A model generated the notes under the pieces. The model had not been told where the DNA came from and did not search any database. It was given only the letters and a program-made list of their open reading frames with translations. The position numbers were made by a program, and so were the translations under genes. A stretch of 64,000 nt of DNA from Nitrosopumilaceae archaeon (lineage in GTDB: Archaea; Thermoproteota; Nitrososphaeria; Nitrososphaerales; Nitrosopumilaceae), in contig CBDCCK010000002.1 of assembly GCA_965214835.1 (NCBI GenBank), positions 2,976,001-3,040,000 of the forward strand, in the 5' to 3' direction. Below, piece after piece: positions 32,759 through 43,689 of the stretch (within the stretch, counting starts at the first letter, position 1; every line of letters starts with the position of its first letter).

Positions 32759-33551
32759 TGTTTGCTGTAAAACTCTTAATTACCTCTTTCATCTCATCAG
32801 AGCTCACCCCGATAGCATTTGAAGATACTTTGTAATCAGAATCACCAATTTGCGAAACTGCTTTTTCAATGTTATTTTGTGACAAAAGTTTCAACACGCC
32901 TGATTTGAGTGCATCTAGTTTTATCTCCGAGTACCACATCAGTGCGTATATATCGGCAACATCCTTCCTTTTTTTGTGATCTTTGCTCCGGTTTGGTAGC
33001 GAAATGAGTTTGGCAGCAAGCAGGATCTCTGGTTTTGGAAGCCTAACAGGTACCCCGAATTCTTTAGTTTCTACAAATTCACCCTTTTCAAACAGCAGAC
33101 CAAGTAATTTTTCATCAGCAGGCGTGATTCCCAAAACGTCATGGATGTTATTCGGTATGTTGTCCACCAGAGGATCTACGTACAAGTCAAACAGATCGTA
33201 TTGCGGTATTTTACGAGCTTCTTGTTCTGTAAGCACTCTTTTCGTTTCTCTATGATAATGTTGGACTAGGCGAAAACCGATTGAATAAAACCCAATGCCC
33301 TCCAGTGCACGAATGGATTGGCTAAATGCAGAATTCTCCATCGATTCTCTGGTCTCATTCTTTGAAAAATGAAATCCTAGGTCAATGTCTTTTGAGCCAT
33401 GATAATCACGCCCTTTGTCTTTTTTGTAGTTCTTGTTTATCGTAAGATAAACCGCCCACCCGCCAAGCAAACAAGGCGGCTTGGTTACTTTGGAAAACAC
33501 CCTGACAAGGTTATCTCTTGAAATTTCCGTCTCATACTCTTCATAAAGCAT
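32748..33551 (-). CDS. AbiEii-like nucleotidyltransferase (type IV TA toxin-like)
   Basis: LLGGWAV...SKDIDL...KL...R..KD.ADI; start MLYEEY overlaps the upstream stop. Confidence 0.75.
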   Translation of the reverse strand: MLYEEYETEISRDNLVRVFSKVTKPPCLLGGWAVYLTINKNYKKDKGRDYHGSKDIDLGFHFSKNETRESMENSAFSQSIRALEGIGFYSIGFRLVQHYHRETKRVLTEQEARKIPQYDLFDLYVDPLVDNIPNNIHDVLGITPADEKLLGLLFEKGEFVETKEFGVPVRLPKPEILLAAKLISLPNRSKDHKKRKDVADIYALMWYSEIKLDALKSGVLKLLSQNNIEKAVSQIGDSDYKVSSNAIGVSSDEMKEVIKSFTANTAK

Positions 33552-34140
33552 CCTTTTCCACCTTTTCCAACAGCATGTCGCCTGCCTCCACACAAGCACC
33601 GTTCTCATTATACAGATCAAGTATGATTTGTGGAACCGACGCCAAGGACATCAGGCCGTTAACCTGAAATGACTTGTAAAACACGTGTTCGTCTCCATAA
33701 ATAACGCGCACATTTCCTTTTCCCACCAACCCGTTTGCAACAAAGAGCTTGTGCCACTGTAGTTTGTCCGAATGGTGGACATAAATGTCGGTCCTAGACG
33801 GAAACAGGTAGTTTTGTATTTTGTTTTCTGCCACATATGTGGTGAGCGCATATTCCAGGCCTGTTTCTTGCAACAGTTCCAGAGGTTTTTGTACCATGTA
33901 CTCCCGGTATTGAAAGGCAGGCTGCCATTTCTGCCACCACAAAAACAGCGATCTAAAATCTCTCACTCTGGTTTTGTGGATTATTCCCTGCTTTTCCAGT
34001 TTTTGCAGCAAATCATGTATCCACGAATATCCACTATCGGCCAATTTTGCTATTCGGTACTTTGTTAGTTTTCCGGTAGGCTCGTTTAACAGAATTCGTG
34101 CGACCCTGCCCTTGATGCTAGTCCGCGTTTCTTTTTTCAT
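33541..34140 (-). CDS. HTH-containing AbiEi-like antitoxin/regulator
   Basis: N-terminal wHTH; YALT...DIYV...SVPQIILDLY; translationally coupled to the NTase. Confidence 0.7.
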   Translation of the reverse strand: MKKETRTSIKGRVARILLNEPTGKLTKYRIAKLADSGYSWIHDLLQKLEKQGIIHKTRVRDFRSLFLWWQKWQPAFQYREYMVQKPLELLQETGLEYALTTYVAENKIQNYLFPSRTDIYVHHSDKLQWHKLFVANGLVGKGNVRVIYGDEHVFYKSFQVNGLMSLASVPQIILDLYNENGACVEAGDMLLEKVEKDAL

Positions 34141-34322
34141 GCTATCGGTTTATATTAAATAGCATATCTAATAAAGATATATCTTTTTATTATAAATATT
34201 GCATCTAAAACCGATAAATTATTCTTAAAATTAGGCTGTACAAGTCGAAAATATGCGTATTTCGTCTTTAAATAGAGCACTATAAGCAATACCACAAAAT
34301 CAGTAGACGGAAATGTAAGACC

Positions 34323-34599
34323 GGGGTTGTCGCCTAATTCGCTAGAATCCCCGAAAACCGTTGAGATGCCATATGATCAGGCGTGCAAAAGGGCGGAAAT
34401 TCAGAAAAACGTGCAGATTGGGTCAAACAAGTGGAATTAGGCGACAACCTCTGTAAGACCTCTAGAAACCGGGGTTGTTGCATAATTCATTGGAATTCAT
34501 GAAAACCGTTGAGATGCCATATGATCAGGCGTGCAAAAGGGCGGAAATTCAGAAAAACGTGCAGATTGGGTCAAACAAGTGGAATTAGACAACAACCCC
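34323..34599. mobile_element. Two tandem ~129-bp GGGGTTGTC MITEs (34323..34451, 34471..34599)
   Basis: First copy has the 9-bp TSD TGTAAGACC. Confidence 0.88.
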
Positions 34600-34883
34600 G
34601 GTGATACGGCCTGGGGTTTATCAGGATGATGTCCCGTGCAAGCATCTCCTCCTCAAAGAGCGCAGGCTGCCACGTCCCCATGCCGGTGCCGTCCTTGGAG
34701 GCCGCCTTTTTTCTGCCGTTCTGTCCTACAAAGCACGAGCCGTTGTCAGACAGTACGGATGCAGGCGTGCCAAACCTCTCGATCGCCGGCCTGAGCACCA
34801 TTACGGCGTTCTCAGTGGTGACATGCTCAAAGAGCGCGGCCCCCGTAATGCACCTTGAGGCATCATCAAGATACGTGACTATA
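34600..34883 (-). pseudogene. IS481/IS3-like integrase-core fragment
   Basis: YLDDASR, LSDNGSCF, RPYH. Confidence 0.75.
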
Positions 34884-35967
34884 CTGATAATCATTGAAAA
34901 TTTCGCCTGATTACACGCTGCGCTCAAGATACTTGTAGATGTCTACCCTGATGGAGCACATCCTAAAGTATTCCGAGACGGCCCTTTTGAGGTGATCCAC
35001 CGTGTCGTAAAAGGCCGACGTGACCAGCCTGTACTTGGCGTCCTTCCAGACTGCCTCTATGGCGCTCAGCTCCGGCCTAGCTACCGGCAGGTACAGCAAG
35101 ACAACGTCGGGATTTTTCTTTAGGTATCTGCGGACCTTCTTGGTCTTGTGCTGTACTGCGTTGTCCAGCACCATCAAGACATTTCCCCACTTTTTGTGCG
35201 CCTGCTTGAGATAATGCAAAGTTTACGCTGTTGAACTTGTCGTACGTGCGCATCAGCCTGGTTCCGTCGTCTGCAATCGTTCCATACACCACTACGCGCT
35301 ACCTTCTGCCGGATCGTTACACCTCGATCCTGTCCCCCACGGGCGACCAGAACTTTTTGCCGTCACTTCCCGTACTGACGAATATCGATTCATCCTGTAC
35401 GGCTATCCTAAATCCGCGCCTTTTTGCAAGCGCAATCGTGTCTTTTGCCGTCCTTTGCCACCGTCTTACAGCTTTTGCGTCGGCAGCGTCTGCCAGCTTG
35501 GTAGTTGACGTCTTTAACGAAAATCCCATCGTGCGCAGGATTCTTCTGATGCTTCCCACGCTGTATGTGACGTGCAGCCTGCGGCGCATCCGGTCGCGCA
35601 GCTTCTTCGGGGTGAGCTTTTCCATCCTGCGCAGCCTCGTGGCGATCTTTTCTATCCTGCCGACGGAACCTTGGGCTTTCTGCCCCTGTTAGGAATCACG
35701 GAGGCCGTCGATGCCATCAAGCTCGAACCTTTCAATCCACATCTGGACTGTACGTTTTGTCACGTCGGCAACCTCTGCGGTCTGTGCGGTGGTGTTGCCA
35801 GGCAGCACGGAGCGCACCGCCAGGATTCTGGCATAAACCCCGATATCCTTCTCGACATGCATGGCATCCGTGAGGATTTTCGTCTTGTTCATGCCGGCAG
35901 TGACATGGTGGGGAGCTATAAACCCTTACAAGATGTGTAATCAGGCGAAATTTTCAATGATCATCAG
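34884..35967 (-). mobile_element. IS630-family element, transposase fragmented
   Basis: ~33-bp TIR CTGAT(A/G)ATCATTGAAAATTTCGCCTGATTACAC; QDES, LDNA..H, PELSAIEAVW. Confidence 0.88.
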
Positions 35968-36430
35968 TGTGGGCTTTGTCTTGTTCCCCGATGATCCTTT
36001 CTTGGATCTTGATTATCTCTTTTTGGTTCTTGATTATCTCTTCTTGGTTCTTGATCATCTTTTCTTGGTTCTTGATATCCCTAGATTGGATCTTGATTAT
36101 CTCTTTTTGGTTCTTGATTATCTTTTCTTGGTTCTTGATCATCTTTTCTTGGTTCTTGATATCCCTAGATTGGATCTCGATCATCTCTTTTTGGTCCTCG
36201 ATTATCCTGTATTGGTTCTTGACGTGCTGGTCTTGGTTCCTGAGGAGACTGTCGCGGCTCTCAATGGCATTCCTCAGACCCTGTATCTCCGTGGGTGATT
36301 CCACAGATGCCCCGATCTCGCGGCGTGTGGGAGGCTGTCCTTTCATAATGCATGTTCCATGCATTTGCCATATATGGGATAGTATAATCACCAATGTTTA
36401 ACCTTCTGTAAAGGGAAGGTGACCCCGTAC
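35968..36430 (-). pseudogene. IS66 left-end remnant with expanded heptad repeats
   Basis: MKGQP start, IKNQEKM-type 21-bp repeats, terminus GGAAGGTGACCCCGTAC. Confidence 0.7.
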
Positions 36431-36593
36431 CAAGAACAGTAATCGGTTGGGCCGGCTCGGTTTTCAGCCATATCCAGACCCCCCCCCCCCCGCTGCAGAG
36501 TCCGCGCCTGCATGCTGCAGCAACCCGGCTCACCGCCGAAAACACAAGGCATTCACGTTATTTTTAAGTAGGGCACGGGGGGGAGATCCACTC

Positions 36594-37376
36594 ATGGTAT
36601 CGGGCCATCAGATCAGGCTGAACAGAATCATGAGAAAGGGAAAAATGCTCTGCATTCCCATGGATCACGGCATCTCCAACGGCCCCATCAAGGGCCTTGA
36701 GAACCCCCACAAGACAATTTATGACTGCGAGGGCCACGGCCTTACAAGCGTAATCATCAACAAGGGAATCATCAAGACGCTGGCAAGGCCGACAAGGGTC
36801 GGAATCCTGGTCCATTTTTCAAGCAGCACGTCCCTCTCGTCGTCGCCCAACCGCAAGATGCTGACGGGCTCAGTCGAGGAGGCCCTGAGGCTGGGCGCGG
36901 ACGGCGTCTCGCTGCACATCAACATAGGCGGAAAGGAAGAGCCAGAGATGCTCGAGCATCTGGGAATGACCGCAGAGCAGTGCCACAGGTGGAACATGCC
37001 GCTGCTGGCAATGATGTACCCGAGGGGGGAGAACGTGCAGAATCCCCACGACCCGGAGGTGGTGGGCCACGTGGCAAGAATCGGCGCAGAGTGCGGCGCA
37101 GACATAGTAAAGACGGTCTATACGGGGGACGTCGACTCGTTCTCAAGAATCGTAAAAAGCACCCCGGTTCCAATCGTGGTCGCAGGCGGGCCAAAGACCG
37201 AGACGGATCTGCAGCTGCTTGCCATGACAGAGGAGGTGATGAGCGCCGGGGCGGCGGGGGTCACCTTTGGCAGGAACATCTTTGCGCACAGGAACCCGCA
37301 GAAGATGACCGAGGCGCTGGCCGCAGTCATCTTTGGAAGGGCGCCTGCAGGGGAAGCAGTGAAAAAGCTTGAGTAG
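36594..37376 (+). CDS. aroA': 2-amino-3,7-dideoxy-D-threo-hept-6-ulosonate synthase
   Basis: IPMDHG, PLLAMMYPRG, GADIVKTVY, VVAGGPK; first gene of the aro operon. Confidence 0.93.
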   Translation: MVSGHQIRLNRIMRKGKMLCIPMDHGISNGPIKGLENPHKTIYDCEGHGLTSVIINKGIIKTLARPTRVGILVHFSSSTSLSSSPNRKMLTGSVEEALRLGADGVSLHINIGGKEEPEMLEHLGMTAEQCHRWNMPLLAMMYPRGENVQNPHDPEVVGHVARIGAECGADIVKTVYTGDVDSFSRIVKSTPVPIVVAGGPKTETDLQLLAMTEEVMSAGAAGVTFGRNIFAHRNPQKMTEALAAVIFGRAPAGEAVKKLE

Positions 37377-38424
37377 GTCAAGAGAGCTAATAGTCTCCCC
37401 CAGGGTATCAAAGGCGCAGCTGGGAGGGTTCGTCTCGCAGCTGGGCGAGGAGGGGATAAGGATGGTTCACGCGGATCCAAAGTCGCTGCCCAAGGGAGGC
37501 GGGATCAAGACCGTCTACGCCTCGAGGGACGCAGACTATGTCATACTGGACGGCGGCATCAAGAGGGCGGGGGGCGGCAAGGCCGGAAGGAGGTTCAGGG
37601 TCACCTCAAACGAGGACATCGACGACATACTGGCCGCCGCAAAAAAGGGGCTTGACTTTGTAATCGTGGAGGTAAAGGACTGGAAGATAATCCCGCTTGA
37701 GAACATCATCGCCAAGCTGCACAGGGTCCGCACGAAGATCTTTGCGATGGCCAAGAGCCCGGCCGAGGTGCGGAAGATGTTCTCCATCCTGGAGGTGGGA
37801 GTCGACGGGGTGATCTTTGCCACCTCGTCAATCGGCGAGGTAAGGGAGGCGCTCGTATACCTCGGGGAGAGCAGCTTTGAGCTAAAGCCGGCAAAGATCA
37901 CCGAGATCAAGGAGGTCGGCGACGGGGAGCGCGTATGCGTGGACACGGCATCGATGCTCCGCAGTGGCGAGGGGATGCTGGTCGGAAGCCGCTCGAACTT
38001 TCTGTTCCTGGTCCACAACGAGTCGGTCGGCTCGTCGTTTACCTCGCCGAGGCCGTTCAGGGTAAACGCGGGCGCCGTGCACTGCTATACGCTGTCGCCG
38101 GACGGGACGACGAGGTACCTGTCGGAGATGGAGACCGGAAGCGAGGTGCTCGTGCTCAACCCCAAGGGGGGTGCGCGGCGCGCGACGGTGGGCCGCTCAA
38201 AGATAGAGCGCCGCCCGATGCTGATGATAAAGGCCGAGGCGGGCGGCGAGGTCGGCGGGATCATCGCGCAGGACGCCGAGACCATCAGGTTTGTAAAGGC
38301 AGGCGGGCAGCTGGTGTCAGTCACGCATCTGAAAAAGGGGGACACGGTACTCGTCCATGCAAGGCAGGCGACCGGAAGGCACTTTGGCATGGAGGTCTCT
38401 GACGAGTACATCCTGGAGAAATGA
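37369..38424 (+). CDS. aroB': 3-dehydroquinate synthase II
   Basis: DWKIIPLEN, RVCVDT, RPFRVNAGAVH, KIERRP, RHFG. Confidence 0.95.
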   Translation: MSRSRELIVSPRVSKAQLGGFVSQLGEEGIRMVHADPKSLPKGGGIKTVYASRDADYVILDGGIKRAGGGKAGRRFRVTSNEDIDDILAAAKKGLDFVIVEVKDWKIIPLENIIAKLHRVRTKIFAMAKSPAEVRKMFSILEVGVDGVIFATSSIGEVREALVYLGESSFELKPAKITEIKEVGDGERVCVDTASMLRSGEGMLVGSRSNFLFLVHNESVGSSFTSPRPFRVNAGAVHCYTLSPDGTTRYLSEMETGSEVLVLNPKGGARRATVGRSKIERRPMLMIKAEAGGEVGGIIAQDAETIRFVKAGGQLVSVTHLKKGDTVLVHARQATGRHFGMEVSDEYILEK

Positions 38425-39095
38425 AATACAAGACCTGCGTCTCGGTCGCAGAAGGGACGCCAAAAAGGATGCACCAGACGCTCAGGAGGGCCCTGAAAAA
38501 GTCAGAATACGCAGAGCTGCGGCTTGACTTTCTGAGGCCGGCCCGGGTCCCCGAGGCGCTGGAGCTGGCAGGAAAAAGCCTCGGGAGGTGCGTCTGCACG
38601 CTGCGCCCGAGGTCAGAGGGCGGCCTCTTTGCAGGCTCCGAGGAAGAGAGGACCTCAATCCTGAAGCTGATCGCAGAGTACGGGCCGTACCTGCTCGACG
38701 TGGAGCTCTCCACGATGTCAAAAAACAGGGACCTTGCAGGATACATCAGGTCCACGGGGACGCCCGTCCTTGTATCATGGCACGACTTTGAGGGGACGCC
38801 GGGGGCGGCGGTACTTGCAGGAAGGCTCAGGAAGATGAGGCGGTTTTCTGACCACGTAAAGATGGTCACCACGGCAAGAAATCCGGATGACGCATCGAGG
38901 ATCCTCTCGGTGTACGGCAGGGCGGCAGATACAGAGCTGATTGCGTTTGCCATGGGTGACGCGGGCAGGATCTCAAGGATCCTGTGCCTGTACCTGGGAA
39001 GCCCATACACGTACGCGTCGCTCGGAAAGGCGGTGGCGCCCGGGCAGTTCAGCGCCGACGAGGTAAGAAGGATCGCGGGCCTCATCGGAGGCTAG
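38421..39095 (+). CDS. aroD: Type I 3-dehydroquinate dehydratase
   Basis: ELRLD, SWHDF, AFAMG..G.ISR, APGQ. Confidence 0.93.
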   Translation: MKYKTCVSVAEGTPKRMHQTLRRALKKSEYAELRLDFLRPARVPEALELAGKSLGRCVCTLRPRSEGGLFAGSEEERTSILKLIAEYGPYLLDVELSTMSKNRDLAGYIRSTGTPVLVSWHDFEGTPGAAVLAGRLRKMRRFSDHVKMVTTARNPDDASRILSVYGRAADTELIAFAMGDAGRISRILCLYLGSPYTYASLGKAVAPGQFSADEVRRIAGLIGG

Positions 39096-39125
39096 GGCCT
39101 TCAGTCCAGCGTCAAGAGATTGTAA

Positions 39126-39214
39126 ATGATCAAAATCTTTGCAGTTGTCGGGGATCCCATTGAACGCTCGTTGTCCCCAAATGTCCACAGTGCGGCGTTG
39201 AAGGAACTGAATCC
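39126..39214 (+). pseudogene. Decayed duplicate of the aroE 5' end
   Basis: MIKIFAVVGDPIERSLSPNVHSAALKELN versus MIKTFAVIGDPIDHSMSPSIHNAAFRELN at 51270. Confidence 0.85.
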
Positions 39215-39388
39215 ATGGTGAAAAGCACAAGTTCTTCAAAACTAGAAGCATTTCCCTGCATGGTTCATGCCCATGTGTGTTGAGGAATTTTTGCTCGACA
39301 CCATATAACTCAGTTTTTTGCTTGAATCTGTTCTAAACGATAAATCTAGGTGAAAACCACAGTTAATTTCGGATCTATGTGGTTGCCT

Positions 39389-40360
39389 TCAATTATTGGG
39401 GTTTTCCCGGTTTACAGGAAGGTTGTGCTGCATAACAACGTTTTGCTGCCTTACATACGCCTTTCCCATGTGGTTTTCTATTATTTTTACCGCTCCAGTA
39501 CCTGATAACGTATGGTTCATGGCGTGAAAGGCTGAAAGAACCGCGTCCTGAAGATCCTGATCCTCCTCCAAATCGTCAATGATCAGTCCCATGTTTTTTG
39601 CCTGCTCTCTATTTATGTGGCGAGCGTGTGTTTTGAAGTTCTTGTGATTGGACAGGTATTCGGCTATTTCTTTTGGTGTATTTGATCTCCTTTCATCATT
39701 TTTGAGCATGTATTTTTGAAGCCAGTCTGCAACCAGCTGTTTGGATAGATCGATGGCGTTTTTACACTGAACCAGCAGAGCCGGTCCGTATTGTCCCAGC
39801 ATCGGTATCCATGCAGGAAGGTTTTTTGGATCCATTGATTCTTCCTTTGCCATATCAAACTGATCCAAGATAGCTTGGGCAGGAGACACTTGCAGACCGA
39901 GTGGGGTCCGATATATCACCTGTGGATCTATCGGACCTATTGATGACTGTTTGCCCATGATAATTACGTTTGAGGCGCATGCAAGCATTGTAGCAGCAGA
40001 CATGGCAGCTTGGGGAATTATGACCCTGATGTCATCAAACTTGCATCTAAGATAGTTTACAAGCGATTCTGTGGCCTCGGCAGAGCCTCCTGGACTATGA
40101 AGTATCAGATCCAAGCAATTCCCCTTGAGCCCATGAACCACTTCCATGAATCCCTGTATGTCTTCATCGGCTATGCTTAAAACTTGCGGGTCTGCTACCG
40201 CCTTTCCAGTTTGAGTCCATGCAGTTGCATAGATGATAACGTTACGCTGTGTTTTTTGGTATAGTTTAGCAAGATACCTTCTTCGTATCTCATCAAACGG
40301 AACATCATCTCCATGAGAATGCTTTTTTAATTCTCCTAATATTTCTCCCTAGGTCGGCAA
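39389..40360 (-). CDS. SDH-family ClpP-fold serine protease; TAG at codon 4 (possible pseudogene)
   Basis: LDLILHSPGG, AMSAATM, GPIDPQ; frame extends to TTG-CCG-ACC-TAG-GGA (MPT*GEIL) at 40360. Confidence 0.85.
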
Positions 40361-40370
40361 TTTGTTTCAG

Positions 40371-40595
40371 TTATGAAGTAGAGGTGGATACTGAAAAAGA
40401 TTCCTTTGTCTGAATTAGTCCTAAATACATGTGGGCTTCTGCAACCATCTGTTCATACTGCCCGTAAACCTTCATTGCCTCCTTGACTCCGGGCCGTTTC
40501 AACGCCTCCCTCATAAGCAGGCGGTATTCATCAGCAAGCGTACTTTCGTTGTTCCTTCCTACTTCCTTTAACATGTGATGTTTGGACGCCGTCAT
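40371..40595 (-). CDS. Small hypothetical protein upstream of the SDH protease
   Basis: 74-aa ORF ending 10 bp before the protease start. Confidence 0.6.
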   Translation of the reverse strand: MTASKHHMLKEVGRNNESTLADEYRLLMREALKRPGVKEAMKVYGQYEQMVAEAHMYLGLIQTKESFSVSTSTS

Positions 40596-40781
40596 GGTAT
40601 TAGATGCTTTTTTGTGTGTATTAAATCTGTTAAATACATTCAGTCTTTGTCTTATACAGAAATTAGGTCGCCTAAGATAAGGCGCACGATCGCTGACTAT
40701 TTCAGGCTGTACCGATCAGATAAAGACGTGGCAAGAAAGATGCCGGACAAAGAGATCAGGTATGTCATCAAGGGACGTAAT

Positions 40782-41742
40782 AGACTTTATGCGTAATCGA
40801 TCGTGACTAAAAATTCCGCAGGATTTTCCAAGAGTAGATGTGTTGATCAGATCAAGTTATCGCATACAAATATGTCATGACGCGCGCAAGAATTGGCCCG
40901 TGCCAAAAAGACGTGCGCAACGATATAGCACGGTGATGTGCCCTGTTGTCAAGTCATAAGAAAGGCGGCCCGTGCCGCCGTACGTCATATATCAAGCAGG
41001 TGACCGTAGAATCCGTTCTTTTTCAGTATCGTCTTGAGGTTCTCAAGACCCGTAATTACCTGTATGAAATAGTTTAGATCCTCGACGGTTTCGCCAAACG
41101 GCATGGTCAGGATGTCATGGCACTTGAGACGCCCTATGTGGTGCCCCACCCTGACGCGCACCCTGCTGATCTGCCTGCGGCGCCTCTTTTGCGTCGCGGT
41201 AAGCTCCCAGTCTCCGGGCTTCTTTGGAGGCTGTCTGTGCATGGCGCCCGGGAACGTCTTCTGAATGCCCCAAGCCCGGGCCGCTATAAACTACAAACGC
41301 CTTTTCCGGATCATCTGCGCTTCTTGTGTTTTTCATTGATCTGGTGTGCCTTCAAGTCCGGATCGCCTCCTGCGTTCATCATGCCATTGTCATTTACGCT
41401 GCCGTCCGCGGTATCGCCGCAGTGCAGCATGAGGCCGTCCAGGTTCGTGGTAGCCAGCGTGTTGTACATGTGCCGCTTTTTTCTTCCCGTGTACCGTGTC
41501 TTTCTTGCGGTCTTGTCCCCTAGCCTGTCTACAGGAGTAGGGGTGCCGTCAATCAGGATTGTCTTTTTTGGGATCAGCCTCTCCTCTGTCCTGTCTGCCG
41601 GGGTCTTGCGGATCACGTCTGTTATCCTTTCGGCAGTAGGCAGCATCTGAAGTATCACCATACAAGACATTATGCGTAATCGGTGCAGATCAAAAAAATC
41701 AGGCAGCTTTTACGTCATTTTTGGCAATTATGCACAAGGTCT
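40782..41742 (-). pseudogene. Degenerate copy of the 383-aa transposase element, capped by a MITE
   Basis: Frameshifted homology to 30298..31449. Confidence 0.85.
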
Positions 41743-41762
41743 AGCCAGGGCCCCTGACATTT

Positions 41763-43178
41763 TCAGGGGAGGTGGATTATGCTGAATCCATATGAATTGC
41801 AGTTTTCATAATGGTTTTTGACCTCCGGACTCCAACCCCTGCCCGAATTCAGTTGATCAAGGGATATCCTTAGCTTTTTAATCTGGCCTGAGTACTTTTT
41901 GTTTCTGCCTATTAGCATGTCGAGAAACTCCTTCTGCGGGAGCGAGTCGCTCTTTTTGCAGTTGCAGTCCTTACATGACAGTACCAGATTCCATGCGTTG
42001 TTATCAAACATGTATGACCACGGAATAAAGTGATCAACGTGGGTGTGATCACGCTCCAATTTGTCCTTGCAGTAAAAGCAGTGCTCAAAATGAGGCGAAT
42101 ACTCCTTCCAGTATTCGGGCAGCAGGGGCTCTCTTTGCACGTCATACTGCTCTATCTTGGCAACCAGCCTGGGCAGTCCGAGGTTTGTCTTTTCCAAAAA
42201 CTTTGCCCATTCTGCAAGTACAACCCTTGACAGCATTCCGTTGTTTTTGCGGAAAAACTCAAACGCCTCTGGCCTCAGATAGAGTATTTTCCTCCGGTTG
42301 TCGTAATCATAAAAAATCCTCATCTCCTCTGAACCATTTCCCACGGGTATCTTCTGGAATGCCGGAATTACGATGGATTTTTTCGCTGCGATTGAGCCAA
42401 ACACCTCCTTGAGGATTTTATTTTCGGCAGTCTTGACATCCTGCTCGTCAAGAAGCTCAAAGTCACCCGGGGGGTTTTTGCCAAAGACTTTGTTGATCAC
42501 TTGTATTACATTGGGCTTGCCATTAGTGAGAAAATCCTGCTTCATTTTGTACTTGTATTCCTGATACCAGTAATACCTCAGAAACCTGCTCGCAAAATAC
42601 CGGTATGGTATCTCATGTACCTGGTTTCCCAGCAGCTCATGATCTGCACAATAGTCGAGAAGGGATTTTGCAAGCGTGAATTTGTACGTGTTTGATTTGG
42701 CCGATTTGGACATTATTGTCAGAAACTTTTGCTTGAGGTTTTGCGATGACGTGTCAATGGGCGGGGGCTCCCCCGTACATGTTGGTATTTTTCCTTCCAT
42801 GCTTTCTCGAGGTTTTTCTACTGGTTCCTCAGGAAATTCTGCCAAGCGGAATATTCCCAGATGTTTAGAGCTATTCCAGTCAACTATGACTTTGTTTTTC
42901 CTCAGCTTTGATATTTCCTGATCTATGATGTTTTGAAAGGTGTTCGAGGGCCTATCTGTACCCAGCAGTTTTGGATCGATTTTCAGCATTTCTGCCACAT
43001 GTCTTATCAAACCTGTCCTGGTGTGCCACCACGGTTTATTTTGAAATTCTATCTGGGACTCGTCGCCCGCGTGTTTTTTATTCTTGGTGTACAGGATGGA
43101 GTCAATTGCTTTGCCCTCCGTGCTCAACACATGGAGCACGGATTGGTGTATGGGCCCTCTTGGAAACTTGACGTGCAT
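41763..43178 (-). CDS. HNH endonuclease with N-terminal wHTH-like domain (restriction-like)
   Basis: CFYC...HVDHFIPWS...WNLVLSCKDCNCKKSD; NTYKFTLAKSLL domain. Confidence 0.88.
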   Translation of the reverse strand: MHVKFPRGPIHQSVLHVLSTEGKAIDSILYTKNKKHAGDESQIEFQNKPWWHTRTGLIRHVAEMLKIDPKLLGTDRPSNTFQNIIDQEISKLRKNKVIVDWNSSKHLGIFRLAEFPEEPVEKPRESMEGKIPTCTGEPPPIDTSSQNLKQKFLTIMSKSAKSNTYKFTLAKSLLDYCADHELLGNQVHEIPYRYFASRFLRYYWYQEYKYKMKQDFLTNGKPNVIQVINKVFGKNPPGDFELLDEQDVKTAENKILKEVFGSIAAKKSIVIPAFQKIPVGNGSEEMRIFYDYDNRRKILYLRPEAFEFFRKNNGMLSRVVLAEWAKFLEKTNLGLPRLVAKIEQYDVQREPLLPEYWKEYSPHFEHCFYCKDKLERDHTHVDHFIPWSYMFDNNAWNLVLSCKDCNCKKSDSLPQKEFLDMLIGRNKKYSGQIKKLRISLDQLNSGRGWSPEVKNHYENCNSYGFSIIHLP

Positions 43179-43250
43179 TTTTATGCCTCAACTCATGTCG
43201 GTGTGGATCCTTTGGAACCGGACAGATTGGTGCATTCGCGCCGATCTGGT

Positions 43251-43465
43251 TTACCTGATGGGGTCAGGCAGGGTGTGCCTTCTCCATACAGAACCATAGA
43301 TATGCTCCAACAAATCATTCCTTTCATCCTTACTGATATTTGCCCCGATGAGATGTGCTATGAACCTTGTGGCATTTTTTACAGTAGGCCTGCCAGCCAT
43401 TATCTTGCCGTTTGGCTTTACCAGCACGCCGGACCACATCTTTTTCATTTTCCGTCTGCGGTGCG
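43251..43465 (-). pseudogene. 3' remnant of a gene co-oriented with the HNH gene, truncated by an ISH3-like end (43467..43590)
   Basis: WSGVLVKPNGKIMAGRPTVKNATRFIAHLIGA...LPDPI; may be a DGQHR/DndB-like C-terminus (recollection only). Confidence 0.45.
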
Positions 43466-43689
43466 TTAGCCTTCCCAGAAGTAACTCATGGAGGCACCGA
43501 TTGGGGAGCTCGGGCAACGTCCTATAGTCCGATAAACAGAGATTGAGTACATCATTGAGGCACTGCTGGTTGAACATGGGATCCATCTAGAATTTCTTGC
43601 TATTTTTAATGAAAAAAAGGCTAGTACAACGCTAGCACTGCTTGCTTGAGATTCAAAGATTATAAGATGCATTGCGTTTTAAACCTTGT

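Noticed and set aside
36447-36593. N-terminal extension of aroA' (similar cases for bcp, 14011, 43876, 19471)
   Set aside because: Track starts extend across promoters or IS ends; TATA boxes point to downstream starts.
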